This document shows positions 10,905 through 20,461 of a stretch of 64,000 nt of DNA, piece after piece (the stretch's first letter is position 1; the number at the start of each line of letters is the position of its first letter). The position numbers were made by a program, and so were the translations under genes. Under the pieces are notes generated by a model. It had not been told where the DNA came from and searched no databases. It worked only from the letters and a program-made list of their open reading frames with translations. The stretch comes from Candidatus Moraniibacteriota bacterium (GTDB lineage: Bacteria; Patescibacteriota; Minisyncoccia; Moranbacterales; GWC2-37-73): the NCBI GenBank assembly GCA_035390125.1, contig DAOOTD010000001.1, positions 31,619 to 95,618 on the forward strand, written 5' to 3'.

Positions 10905-11241
10905 GTTTGTAAAAAACATCCCAGAAAACATCGAGGATGGCGTTATTTATATATCCATGGAATATGCTACGGCAATTCATAGGTGTTATTGTGGTTGTGG
11001 AAGTGAGGTAGTGACGCCGTTTTCTCCGACAGACTGGAAATTAACTTTTGATGGTAAAACTGTTTCGTTGCACCCGTCGATAGGTAACTGGAGTTTTCCG
11101 TGCCAATCTCATTATTGGATAATTAATAATGAGATAAGGCAAGCTGATAAATGGACAAAAAAACAGATTGAGAGTTGCAGAGAAATGGATAATCAAAGTA
11201 AGAAAAAATATCACAAAAAGAAGAGGTGGATTTGGTGGTAA
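10888..11241 (+). CDS. DUF6527-like Cys/His-rich protein (putative peptidase)
   Basis: HRCYCGCG, TVSLHPSIGNW..PCQSHYWI. Confidence 0.75.
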   Translation: MRLTPKFVKNIPENIEDGVIYISMEYATAIHRCYCGCGSEVVTPFSPTDWKLTFDGKTVSLHPSIGNWSFPCQSHYWIINNEIRQADKWTKKQIESCREMDNQSKKKYHKKKRWIWW

Positions 11242-11366
11242 AATTATCCTTGTCATTCACAAAGTAAGGCTATAAATGGCCTTATTTTTGTTTTCAGAAC
11301 AGTGGATAACTTTTCCTTGACTTCGTGTGCCACGAAGCTAATGTGTCATTGCCTTAATAAAAATAT

Positions 11367-11567
11367 ATGACAAAAGCTAAATTTATCGCATTCGAAAAAG
11401 TCAGACGCAGTAGGCTAACAAATATGTATGACATCAATGCTGTCCGGCTGATCGCTATCAAATACGGTCAGATGCTTACCAATAAAGATTGCTTCGACTG
11501 CATGCTCAACTACGACAAATACCGCCGAAAATATTTAGAAGATAAATCAATATGGAAAAAACAATAA
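11367..11567 (+). CDS. Small hypothetical protein
   Basis: 66-aa ORF after a promoter-like motif, overlapping integrase start. Confidence 0.55.
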   Translation: MTKAKFIAFEKVRRSRLTNMYDINAVRLIAIKYGQMLTNKDCFDCMLNYDKYRRKYLEDKSIWKKQ

Positions 11568-12436
11568 AAAATACCACTGAAGAATTTCTGAGCTGGTTGC
11601 AGGTTGAAAGACGATTCGCACAGAGTTCAATAATTTCATACAGGTCACGACTGAAATGCATTGTGCGAGATATTGGGGATATTGAAATAGGAAATATTAC
11701 CGCTGAACACATTTTCAGATTAAAATCCATCCTTTATGAACGAGAAAATTCTGAGGTGTTCACTGGCGTGGTAATGGCATCCATCAAGGGATTATTGCTC
11801 TACTCCAGAGACCTGCTGAAAATTCCTCTTCAGATTGATCCCAGCACGATAACCATCCCAAAACGCAAAAAGAAAGAAGTGGTTTATCTGACAGTCGATG
11901 AAATCAACCGATTTAGAAACAGTATCAATATTAACACGATCTGTGGTCTTCGCTTCAGGACGCTGCTTGAGGTGCTTCTGGGGACGGCCTGTCGCATCTC
12001 AGAGTGTTTAAATCTCAACAGAGACTCTATTTCACTGATTGAAAAAGAAGCGCGAATAATTGGCAAAGGTGGAAAGCAACGAGTTCTGTATTTTAATGAC
12101 GAATCGCTTTACTGGATAGACAAATATCTGAAGAGCCGGAACGATAAGTTTCCGGCTCTTTTTATAACCACCGGCGAAAAACCGCGAAGACTGGCGAATC
12201 AAGATTTAAGTCGATATTTCAAAAGGCAACGGCTTCTGGCTGGTATTTCTAAAAAGGTCACCCCACACATTTGCCGGCACACGGCCGCAACAACAATGGC
12301 GATGAATAACTGCTCAGCTATCTTTATCAAGGAAATCCTCGGCCATAGTCGGCTTCAAACTTCGATTGATTACTATATTTCACTGGCTGACAAGCAAAAG
12401 GTGAAACAAGCGCACCAGACATTTCTGGTGTATTAA
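11552..12436 (+). CDS. Tyrosine recombinase/integrase 1
   Basis: TACRISE, GKGGKQR, PHICRHT, LGHS..TSIDYY. Confidence 0.93.
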   Translation: MEKTIKNTTEEFLSWLQVERRFAQSSIISYRSRLKCIVRDIGDIEIGNITAEHIFRLKSILYERENSEVFTGVVMASIKGLLLYSRDLLKIPLQIDPSTITIPKRKKKEVVYLTVDEINRFRNSININTICGLRFRTLLEVLLGTACRISECLNLNRDSISLIEKEARIIGKGGKQRVLYFNDESLYWIDKYLKSRNDKFPALFITTGEKPRRLANQDLSRYFKRQRLLAGISKKVTPHICRHTAATTMAMNNCSAIFIKEILGHSRLQTSIDYYISLADKQKVKQAHQTFLVY

Positions 12437-12444
12437 GCCTGTGA

Positions 12445-12465
12445 TTCTAGGGAGATTTTGTGGTA
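12445..12465 (+). repeat. Internal att-like copy
   Basis: TTCTAGGGAGATTTTG-TGGTA vs 8163-8184 TTCTAGGGAGATTTTGATGGTA (one indel). Confidence 0.7.
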
Positions 12466-12477
12466 GAATTGGATTAT

Positions 12478-13428
12478 ATGAAAGTAAATATACTCCAAAA
12501 ATACTACGATAGCTTCATAGCCCAAAAAGATAACCAATCCTTTTTAATTGGGTTGGCCGATTATATCAGATTCATTTTAGCTGATGAAAAATCTAAGGAA
12601 ATTATTTCAGAAATACAAAAATCCAAGGAGGCACTTTTGGCCGAAAAAGATAGTCTGGAGAAAACAGTTGACAGTGAAACAAGGATTGCCAAAAAAGAAT
12701 ACCTTGACATGACGGGATCATCAGAGACGGTTGATGATATTTCTCTCGCGGATAAAGTGCTCTATTCTCAGTCTCATCCGAAGTTGGCCGAGCTGGATAA
12801 AAAAATAAAAGAGGAAACGGAAACTTCAATTTGGGGAGCTTGGGATAAAATAAGTTCGGTTTATTCCGGATATTCAAATTCAACATTGAGCGACAATCTG
12901 GATATAGCGCGCTACGTGCCTTACGCGAATAGAATTCATAATTATCTCTTGGGAAAACTGGATGATAAAGCAGAATCAACTGGCAGTTATTCGGTTATGG
13001 ATTTTAAGAAAAGCAATAATGATTCAATTTTGGAAAAGGATGGACTGAAAGACATCAGTTCCATCATAATCGTCACAAGAAACCCGGGACTTAGGGACGA
13101 GTCATTGTGGTTGGTTTTTAATAACGACTTTCGCAATAAAGTTAAATTTTTAGCCAAGAAAAAACAAGCAGGCGATAATTATATCAAGAAGCTACATGAG
13201 ATTGTCGATAAAAGTAAATATGGCGCGAAGGTTCTACATGATCATCAGATAGCAACCACAATAAACTCAAAGATATTTAAAAGAGTGGGAGTCGCGGGGG
13301 TGTATAGGCAAAAGACAATTGTGGAAAAAGATGGAGATAATTTTGGGATAAATCAGGAAATTGATATTAATATTGTGCCAAAAGGAATGCTTAAGGAAGA
13401 GCAGGCTAAGTTTTTTCCAAAGGGATGA
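12478..13428 (+). CDS. Hypothetical protein
   Basis: Long ORF, ATG at 12478; no recognised motif. Confidence 0.75.
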   Translation: MKVNILQKYYDSFIAQKDNQSFLIGLADYIRFILADEKSKEIISEIQKSKEALLAEKDSLEKTVDSETRIAKKEYLDMTGSSETVDDISLADKVLYSQSHPKLAELDKKIKEETETSIWGAWDKISSVYSGYSNSTLSDNLDIARYVPYANRIHNYLLGKLDDKAESTGSYSVMDFKKSNNDSILEKDGLKDISSIIIVTRNPGLRDESLWLVFNNDFRNKVKFLAKKKQAGDNYIKKLHEIVDKSKYGAKVLHDHQIATTINSKIFKRVGVAGVYRQKTIVEKDGDNFGINQEIDINIVPKGMLKEEQAKFFPKG

Positions 13429-13468
13429 TTTCCGAGTAGTTTCTGTCTGAAAATAATATTTACGAGAA

Positions 13469-13496
13469 AAGAATCGCTTATCAGAGCGGTTTTTTT
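13469..13496 (+). terminator. Rho-independent terminator
   Basis: AATCGCTT-ATCA-GAGCGGTT plus T run. Confidence 0.6.
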
Positions 13497-13575
13497 GCGT
13501 TTGATTTACGAGCAAAGGTTATTTATTTGGTGCATGAAGTTGAGATAATAAGAGCATAAGATATAAAACCAATAA

Positions 13576-14541
13576 ATGATTTCCATATTTTCCGACAACT
13601 TAAACCTTTCTGACAGTTTTGACCGCTTCTTTGAGGATATTGAGGCGAATTGTTCGCTGTCCAAAAGTTCAATCGAAAAATACAAGGAAATCCGTCCCCG
13701 GATAATTAAATTCTTTGGCAATATAAGCATAAAGAAGATTGATGCTCGGATGATTACTAAATATAAGCAGTATTTGAATCAATCAAGTCAGAAGAAAGAC
13801 AACCTCAGTCCCAGTTATAAAAATCAGCACCTGACATTACTCCGTTTGCTTCTGAAATTTGTGAAGGAAAAAGAAGGCGCAAAGGTGATGGATTATGCTC
13901 AGATTTCCAAGTTCCGAGTTCCAATTAAGGAGGTTGAGACATTGAATGAGTCGGAGTTGTCCACGGTGCTTGACTACCCAAATGAGAAAACAATTACTGG
14001 GTGTCGACTGAAGGCATATTTTGAAGTTTCATTTTCAACCGGCTGTCGCGTGAAAGAAGTTTTGGGCTTGAAGATATCGGATATTAATTTCAAAGACAGG
14101 ATTGCTCACATTCGGACGAAAAATAACAAACCTCACACCATTTTGTTTTCCGATTCCTCAATTGAAGCGATTAACAAATATTTGGCTATGAGGAAAGATA
14201 ATCATCCAAATTTATTCGTGACTGCAACTCCCAATCCCAAACCATGGCAAACCAACGATGTTGAAAGGAGTCTTCGAATGATCGGACGAAAACTGAAGCT
14301 TAGTAAGAATCTCAGACCACATATTTTACGCAAATCAGCCGCGACGCACATGTATAAAAACAACGTTTCGCTCGGAGTCGTGCAAAATTTTTTAAACCAT
14401 TCCTCCGCCAGAACCACGCTGACTTACTATTTAGGCAATTCGAATTTTGAAGAGCTAAGAAGGAATCACGACAGAGTTATGAATAATCTGGATTTTAGAG
14501 ATAAGACAGATTCATCTGGAGAGGGGGTGAGAACTACATGA
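13576..14541 (+). CDS. Tyrosine recombinase/integrase 2
   Basis: TGCRVKE, PHILRKS, LNHSSARTTLTYY. Confidence 0.92.
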   Translation: MISIFSDNLNLSDSFDRFFEDIEANCSLSKSSIEKYKEIRPRIIKFFGNISIKKIDARMITKYKQYLNQSSQKKDNLSPSYKNQHLTLLRLLLKFVKEKEGAKVMDYAQISKFRVPIKEVETLNESELSTVLDYPNEKTITGCRLKAYFEVSFSTGCRVKEVLGLKISDINFKDRIAHIRTKNNKPHTILFSDSSIEAINKYLAMRKDNHPNLFVTATPNPKPWQTNDVERSLRMIGRKLKLSKNLRPHILRKSAATHMYKNNVSLGVVQNFLNHSSARTTLTYYLGNSNFEELRRNHDRVMNNLDFRDKTDSSGEGVRTT

Positions 14542-14957
14542 AGTTGCAGAAAAAGGAAACTATGGGGATGCCTTTCGCCAAGAAAGGAACAGATGTCAAA
14601 GAAGGAGACATAATCACCATAGGTAGTGAAGGGAAGATTGTGGAAACTCAATTCGGCTCACAGAACATTTTTGAAATCAAAACTGCTAATGGCGTGGAAT
14701 TGGTTTTGGGTATCAACCAGACCAGCATCAATGCCTTGGTGGATGCTTTCGGAGAAGAAACTGCGAACTGGGTAGGCAAGAAGGTAAAAGTTCATTCATT
14801 TAAGCAAAATGTGGCTGGTAAATTTATACAGGTTTACTATGTCGCACCAGAAGGCTATGAAATGGGTGAAAACGGATTTGAGAAATCCGGATCAGTAGGA
14901 GTGGTTAACGCTCATATGAGTGAAGAATGCGCGGTTGTGGAAGACAACGCTTTCTAA
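14538..14957 (+). CDS. Putative phage-type ssDNA-binding (OB-fold) protein
   Basis: Beta-rich; NQTS..LVDAFGEET.NWVGKKV; acidic tail ending EDNAF; upstream of primase. Confidence 0.5.
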   Translation: MKLQKKETMGMPFAKKGTDVKEGDIITIGSEGKIVETQFGSQNIFEIKTANGVELVLGINQTSINALVDAFGEETANWVGKKVKVHSFKQNVAGKFIQVYYVAPEGYEMGENGFEKSGSVGVVNAHMSEECAVVEDNAF

Positions 14958-15036
14958 GGTTAGTTTGTGTGCTGGGCAGAATTTTTCTGCTTAGCCATAA
15001 GTTAATTTTAACAGATAAAAAATTTTAAGAAAGGGA

Positions 15037-15064
15037 TTGACAAGGCTATGAGAACTGATAAAAT
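15037..15064 (+). promoter_or_regulatory. Putative promoter of replication/packaging operon
   Basis: TTGACA-16 nt-TAAAAT with extended TG. Confidence 0.55.
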
Positions 15065-15312
15065 ACAATTAGAAAATAAAATATTTGGACTTACTTCGTC
15101 TGGAGTTTCGCTGTATTCAGATGGTCGAAGTAGGAAGTCTTTCTCAATATTAGGTCTGAGAAAAAGTCCGCAAACAATTATCACTTTTAGTGGTAGGCGT
15201 TTGCGGGCTTTTTGTTTATTAAATTTTAACTAACTTGTTCGGTGGCTCCTGCTGGCCTTGGATGCGAACTATTCCGTCCATCCGAGGTCAACTGGAGTCA
15301 CGACGGAATTAT

Positions 15313-17856
15313 ATGAACTACGGTAATATCTCGCCGCGAGAGTATCTGCGAGAAAAAAACATTGAATTCAGGGAAGTAAACGGTGAACTGGTAATGAAGT
15401 GCATTTTTGGAGATTGCGATAGCGACAGTACGGAAAACGAAGCGCATCTTTGGATGAATGCCGAGACTGGGCAATACCAATGCAAGAAATGCCAGGCAGA
15501 GGGAAACCTCCTAACGCTTGCTAAACATCTTGGCGATAGGATAGTTGATGTTGTTAAGCAGCCGAAAATTCAAAAACTTAAAAAGGTGTTTGATCCAAGC
15601 CTAGTGGATTTTTGCCATGACAGACTGCCGGATGAGATTAGAAAATATTTGAATAACCGCGGTTTGAATAACGAACTGATTAACGAATATAAACTGGGTT
15701 GGTGGGTTTCTCGAAATGGAAACAGAATAAGTATTCCGGTTAAAAACGAATCAGGCGAATACATATATTTGAAACTGAGGAAAGACCCGAGTGATTCGAG
15801 TAAGGGAAATAAGTATATTTTCTATCCCAATGCCAGTTCCAGCTTATTTGGCATAGAACTACTGCGAAAAGAAAAAGGTAGGGTATTTATTTGCGAAGGT
15901 GAGTTGGATTGCATCCTGCTTCAGTCGAAAGGATTGATAGCAGTAACTTCCACGGCCGGTGCGGGAACTTTCAAAAAGGAATGGATAAAGGAATTTGAGC
16001 ATCTTAAGGAAGCATATATAGTTTTTGACAACGATGACGAGGGGAGAGCCGGATCGGAAATGGTGGCTAAAAAACTATCGGCCATTGACGGACTGGAGGT
16101 TAAAATAATTCGTCTTCCTGAAGCAGTGGGTGAAAAAGGAGATATTACCGATTATTTTGTAAAGCTGAACGGCACGAAAAAAGAGTTAACCAGATTGGCT
16201 GAACCGTTTGAAATGGAAACCGAAGAAGCTGAGGATGACGACACGGATGAAAGAAAAAACCAAAGCGACCTTATTGTTGAATTAGTGAAGGAAAACAAGA
16301 GGATTGTTCTTTTCCATGATGACGCTAGAAGTCCGTATATCAGTCTGCCGGTTTCCGGACATAACGAGATATTAAATCTGAAGGATCAGAATTTCAAATA
16401 TTGGCTGGGAAAGAAGTTTTGGGATAAATACAAAAAGGCTCCCAATTCCGATTCCATTAACAATGCCCTTAATATTATTAAAGGTGAGGCAATATTTAAC
16501 GGATCGGAATATAAGCTGGAATGTCGGGTGGCGATTAGAGACGATGCTATTTGGTATGATCTTTCCAATAAAAAATGGCAGGCAGTAAAGATTACCAAAG
16601 ACGGATGGGAAATTGTGGATAATTCTCCGATAATGTTTCGCCGATATTCCCACCAGAAAGCGCATCCCTTGCCAGTAAGGGGAGTGGCCATTGAATTATT
16701 ATTGCCATTCATAAACATTAGGGATAATGGACAACAGCTTTTGCTTCTGGTTTATATAATCAGCTGTTTCATTCCCGGCTTTCCACATCCGGTTATCAAT
16801 ATTTATGGTGCCCAAGGTTCAGCTAAGAGCACCCTATTCAAATTGATTAAAAAGTTAGTCGATCCATCGCTTATCGAGGTATCTAGTTTTCCCCAAGGCG
16901 AAGACAGTTTTGTTTTAAAGCTGTCTCATCATTGGTGTATTCTCTTCGATAATGTTTCCTTTTTGTCCGATCAGACTTCAGATTTGCTTTGCAAGGCAGT
17001 GACAGGCGCGGCCTTTTCCAAAAGAGAACTTTACAGCGATGACAACGATGTCATACATACTTTCCGGAGGTGCTTGGGAATAAATGGAATAAATTTGGTT
17101 ACATCCAAGCCGGATTTATTGGAAAGGAGTTTGTTGTTTGAACTGGACAGAATTCCGCCAGAAGACCGAAAATTGGAGCAGGATATTATTGATAATTTTG
17201 AGCAAATGTTGCCGGAACTATTAGGAAGCATTTTTGACATAGTCTCTGAAACAATGAAAGTTAAACCAGGGATGAGTGCTCAAAATTTGACCAGGATGGC
17301 TGATTTTGCCCATTGGGGTTCGGCTATTGCCAGAGCTTTAGGGCACAAGGAGACAGAATTTCTGGAAGCTTACCGCAATAATATAGCCAACCAGAATAAC
17401 GAAGTGCTTTTGGAGAATTTCGAAGCTATAACCATCCTCACTTTTATGGAATACAGGGATGAATGGGAAGGAACCGCGTCGGAACTACTGGAAGAATTGA
17501 AAATTATAGCTGGAAAGCTGCAAATTGACATCAAAGAAAAAGGATTTCCTAAAAGTGCCAATAATCTTAGTAAAAGAATCAACCGTCTGAAAACTAACTT
17601 GGAAGAAGCTGGGATAAAAGTTTACCGCAAGGAAGAAAACAGGCAAAGGATAATACGCTTCCAACGAGTTGGCAAATCAGTCGTTTCTATCGATGCATCG
17701 TTGCAAGATGGCGTTTTAAATAACGATAGCAACGGTAAAAACGATGAAAACGCAAGCTTGTCGGAGCAAAAAAGCTTGCTTGAAAAGGAAGGAGGTGTAG
17801 TTGAAGCGGAAAAATACAGCGATGAATATGACATTGCTGAGGAAATAGATTTTTAG
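15313..17856 (+). CDS. Primase-helicase (Zn finger + TOPRIM + P-loop ATPase)
   Basis: CIFGDC...CKKC; ICEGELD, FDNDDEG, GDITD; Walker A GAQGSAKS; ATG at 15313 preferred. Confidence 0.88.
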   Translation: MNYGNISPREYLREKNIEFREVNGELVMKCIFGDCDSDSTENEAHLWMNAETGQYQCKKCQAEGNLLTLAKHLGDRIVDVVKQPKIQKLKKVFDPSLVDFCHDRLPDEIRKYLNNRGLNNELINEYKLGWWVSRNGNRISIPVKNESGEYIYLKLRKDPSDSSKGNKYIFYPNASSSLFGIELLRKEKGRVFICEGELDCILLQSKGLIAVTSTAGAGTFKKEWIKEFEHLKEAYIVFDNDDEGRAGSEMVAKKLSAIDGLEVKIIRLPEAVGEKGDITDYFVKLNGTKKELTRLAEPFEMETEEAEDDDTDERKNQSDLIVELVKENKRIVLFHDDARSPYISLPVSGHNEILNLKDQNFKYWLGKKFWDKYKKAPNSDSINNALNIIKGEAIFNGSEYKLECRVAIRDDAIWYDLSNKKWQAVKITKDGWEIVDNSPIMFRRYSHQKAHPLPVRGVAIELLLPFINIRDNGQQLLLLVYIISCFIPGFPHPVINIYGAQGSAKSTLFKLIKKLVDPSLIEVSSFPQGEDSFVLKLSHHWCILFDNVSFLSDQTSDLLCKAVTGAAFSKRELYSDDNDVIHTFRRCLGINGINLVTSKPDLLERSLLFELDRIPPEDRKLEQDIIDNFEQMLPELLGSIFDIVSETMKVKPGMSAQNLTRMADFAHWGSAIARALGHKETEFLEAYRNNIANQNNEVLLENFEAITILTFMEYRDEWEGTASELLEELKIIAGKLQIDIKEKGFPKSANNLSKRINRLKTNLEEAGIKVYRKEENRQRIIRFQRVGKSVVSIDASLQDGVLNNDSNGKNDENASLSEQKSLLEKEGGVVEAEKYSDEYDIAEEIDF

Positions 17857-17944
17857 GTAGGAGTTAAACAATGTCTTGCAATGTCCAGCAGCTGGACAAA
17901 AAAGGCTTTAATAAGGGGAAAAGTAATCAATAATCATCAAAAAT

Positions 17945-18175
17945 ATGACCAACACTAAAAAGAAAATTGAAGAGCTGAATCAGGTTCTTTCCGATCACTC
18001 CGATATGAGGGGAAGTCGGCAAGTGTTCTATCTGTTTCCGCAATTCTATCAGGAAAAGTTATATAAGCTGGAAGTCCTGCTTTCTGAAAAATATGGCATC
18101 GCGGGAAAGTCCAAAATTATAGCTCTGGCAGTAAGCTATCTAATCAAGGAAATAGAAAAAGATGAAAAAGTATAA
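17945..18175 (+). CDS. Small hypothetical protein (possible DNA-binding)
   Basis: 76-aa ORF overlapping MTase start; KSKIIALAV helix. Confidence 0.55.
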   Translation: MTNTKKKIEELNQVLSDHSDMRGSRQVFYLFPQFYQEKLYKLEVLLSEKYGIAGKSKIIALAVSYLIKEIEKDEKV

Positions 18176-19226
18176 GTTTCAGTCGGCAAACTTTCCCTAT
18201 CTGGGAAGCAAAATTAGGCAAAGTTCCACCTTGGCGAGTTTTGTAAAGCCAGAAAAGCACAAAGTGCTAATCAGTCCGTTTGCCGGCGGTTGTTCTTTTG
18301 AGCTATTCGCTAAACATAGGCTGGGATTGAAAATAATCTCTAATGATTGGTCTCTGGTTTCATATGTTGCCCAGAAAGCATTATTGGAAAATAACACCGC
18401 GAAAATATCGCTGAATGATATTTATTATCTCTTCAGAGAAAATACAAACGATGGTTTCGTCAGAAAAAATTACAACAAGTTTTTTACTGATGAAATTTGT
18501 GAATTTCTAGACAGAGCTACGGAGAATATTCGACAGCTTCCGGACAGCTACCGAAAATATCTACTTTCCCACTTAATAATCTATTATATTCTCCATACCC
18601 TGCCTTACGGCAAATTCGGATGCACCGCGGATATCAGGAATGTTAAGGCTGTGGGGATGGAATTGGCGGTGGCAGAAGCGGTGAAGACATCAGATTCGAG
18701 AGCCAATAAACTGCTGAAAAGTGTCCAACATCCGCTGATCATTCTCAAGAAATTGGTGAGGGGAATAAATGCCGGGGTGAAAAATAATAACAAGGTCAAT
18801 GTGGCATACAACGAAGATGTGCTTGAATTCCTGCCCAAGACAAGGGAATTTGAAAATGAGGCTGTAATGATGGCGGACGCGCCATATTTCGAATCGACGA
18901 GTTATTCAATGTATGATGCTTTTTCAGAAATTCTGCTGGGCAAGAAAATCCCTAAAAGCAATAGTGCGTTCAACAGCAAAGAGGTAGAAGAGTGGTTTGA
19001 TAAATTCTTTGAAGCCTGCCAGCACATTGATCTATGGCTCTTGACCTATGGAGCCAAGGTGGACGAGCCGGGCGCGCTTCATTCGGATAAGTTTCTGGAG
19101 ATGGTCAAAAAACACCGACCAAATGCGAAACTGCTGATGCTGGAAAATTTCAGCTGGAGCATTAACAATTTATCAGGCAAGAGTCCCAGGGAATGCGAAG
19201 AATTTATCGTAATCGCAAAAAAGTAA
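18162..19226 (+). CDS. DNA adenine methyltransferase (D12-like)
   Basis: FPYLGSK, SPFAGG, ISNDW, DAPY variant of DPPY. Confidence 0.8.
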   Translation: MKKYKFQSANFPYLGSKIRQSSTLASFVKPEKHKVLISPFAGGCSFELFAKHRLGLKIISNDWSLVSYVAQKALLENNTAKISLNDIYYLFRENTNDGFVRKNYNKFFTDEICEFLDRATENIRQLPDSYRKYLLSHLIIYYILHTLPYGKFGCTADIRNVKAVGMELAVAEAVKTSDSRANKLLKSVQHPLIILKKLVRGINAGVKNNNKVNVAYNEDVLEFLPKTREFENEAVMMADAPYFESTSYSMYDAFSEILLGKKIPKSNSAFNSKEVEEWFDKFFEACQHIDLWLLTYGAKVDEPGALHSDKFLEMVKKHRPNAKLLMLENFSWSINNLSGKSPRECEEFIVIAKK

Positions 19227-19246
19227 TCAATTAACCAAATGCCAAA

Positions 19247-19885
19247 ATGACAAACCAAAAAATCTATTCAGAAGTAAAACTAGTTCCCATTGGGGAAATT
19301 AAGCCCAGCCCTTTTGAAAATGCCAATGAGTTTTCCGAAGAACTTTACGAGGCACTGAAAACAGATATTGACGAATATGGATTAGTCGGACAAGCCTTGG
19401 TGGTAAATTCCAAGGACAATACGCTGATTGACGGACACCACCGGCTCAAGGTGATGCAGGAGCTTGGATACACGGAAGTGCCAGTGGTATTTTACGAACC
19501 CAAGGATGGGATTGAACACAAAATTCTTTCCATCGCTTGGAACAGGAAACGCGGCACATTCAACGAACAGATACTACACAACACTATCAAAAGCATCCAC
19601 GATTCAGGAGTATATGGTCTGGAAGAATTGGCTGTGAGATTGGGCTTCAACTATTCAGAAATTCAAGAAAAATTGGAAGCGATAAAAATTGACGAGAATT
19701 TGATTAAAAAACTGGAAAGTGATGCCAAAGAACAAGAGGAAGCATTGCCAGTCTTAATGACATTTTCACTGAGTAAAAAGGACGCTGAACTGGTGGAAGA
19801 AGCATTGGAATGGGCTAAACAAAAGACCAGAGGAGAAGCGTTAGCGAAGGCGTGTGCGATGTATCTTGGCTTCGCCAAGGAATAG
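19247..19885 (+). CDS. ParB/Srx N-terminal domain protein
   Basis: LIDGHHRL motif; VPIGEIKP start. Confidence 0.85.
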   Translation: MTNQKIYSEVKLVPIGEIKPSPFENANEFSEELYEALKTDIDEYGLVGQALVVNSKDNTLIDGHHRLKVMQELGYTEVPVVFYEPKDGIEHKILSIAWNRKRGTFNEQILHNTIKSIHDSGVYGLEELAVRLGFNYSEIQEKLEAIKIDENLIKKLESDAKEQEEALPVLMTFSLSKKDAELVEEALEWAKQKTRGEALAKACAMYLGFAKE

Positions 19886-19921
19886 GCAGGAGAAATATAA
19901 AGGGAAAAACAGTAAAAATTT

Positions 19922-20461
19922 ATGGCTGAAAGTAAAAAACCAGTATTGATGGGACCGAAAACAGAAGAGGGGATAAAAAAGGTTACCCAGAATCTCAAAA
20001 GAGAATCGGTCTTAAAGTCGGGCGGATTCGCCTTTTTGAAGTCCGGTTTAGCCCCAAACTGCCAAAGCTGTATCTTTAGCCACGAGTGCGAGCATTACGC
20101 GCCTGAAGCCAAATTTTGCCGAGCAGTGCTGGAATTTGAGAGCCAATTGGAGGACCAAATTATGGCTTTGCCCCAGATTCAGGAAATAGACCGCATTTTG
20201 GTCAAAAGGCTCGTGAGAAACTATGGCTTCCTATATATCACGGATAAGTGGTTAGCCAAAGCCTCTCCGTTCCTATTGGAAAACAAGCAGTTTGATTTTC
20301 AGCCAATCCTGAAAACCAGGACAGTTTATGAGCGCCTCATAATCCACTTCTGCAGTGCTTTAGGATTAACTCCGGAAGCTAGAAGCAGAATCGGACTGAA
20401 TGTGGCACAGACATATAGTTTGGCTAAAGAATTAAGCGAACTGGAATATGACGAAGATTAA
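19922..20461 (+). CDS. Putative terminase small subunit
   Basis: GPKTEEG N-terminus, LGLTPEARSRI (P27-like), overlaps TerL start. Confidence 0.65.
   Translation: MAESKKPVLMGPKTEEGIKKVTQNLKRESVLKSGGFAFLKSGLAPNCQSCIFSHECEHYAPEAKFCRAVLEFESQLEDQIMALPQIQEIDRILVKRLVRNYGFLYITDKWLAKASPFLLENKQFDFQPILKTRTVYERLIIHFCSALGLTPEARSRIGLNVAQTYSLAKELSELEYDED

Noticed and set aside
15048-15233. 61-aa ORF upstream of primase
   Set aside because: Starts inside the putative promoter and spans hairpins; more likely non-coding, though a leader peptide is not excluded.
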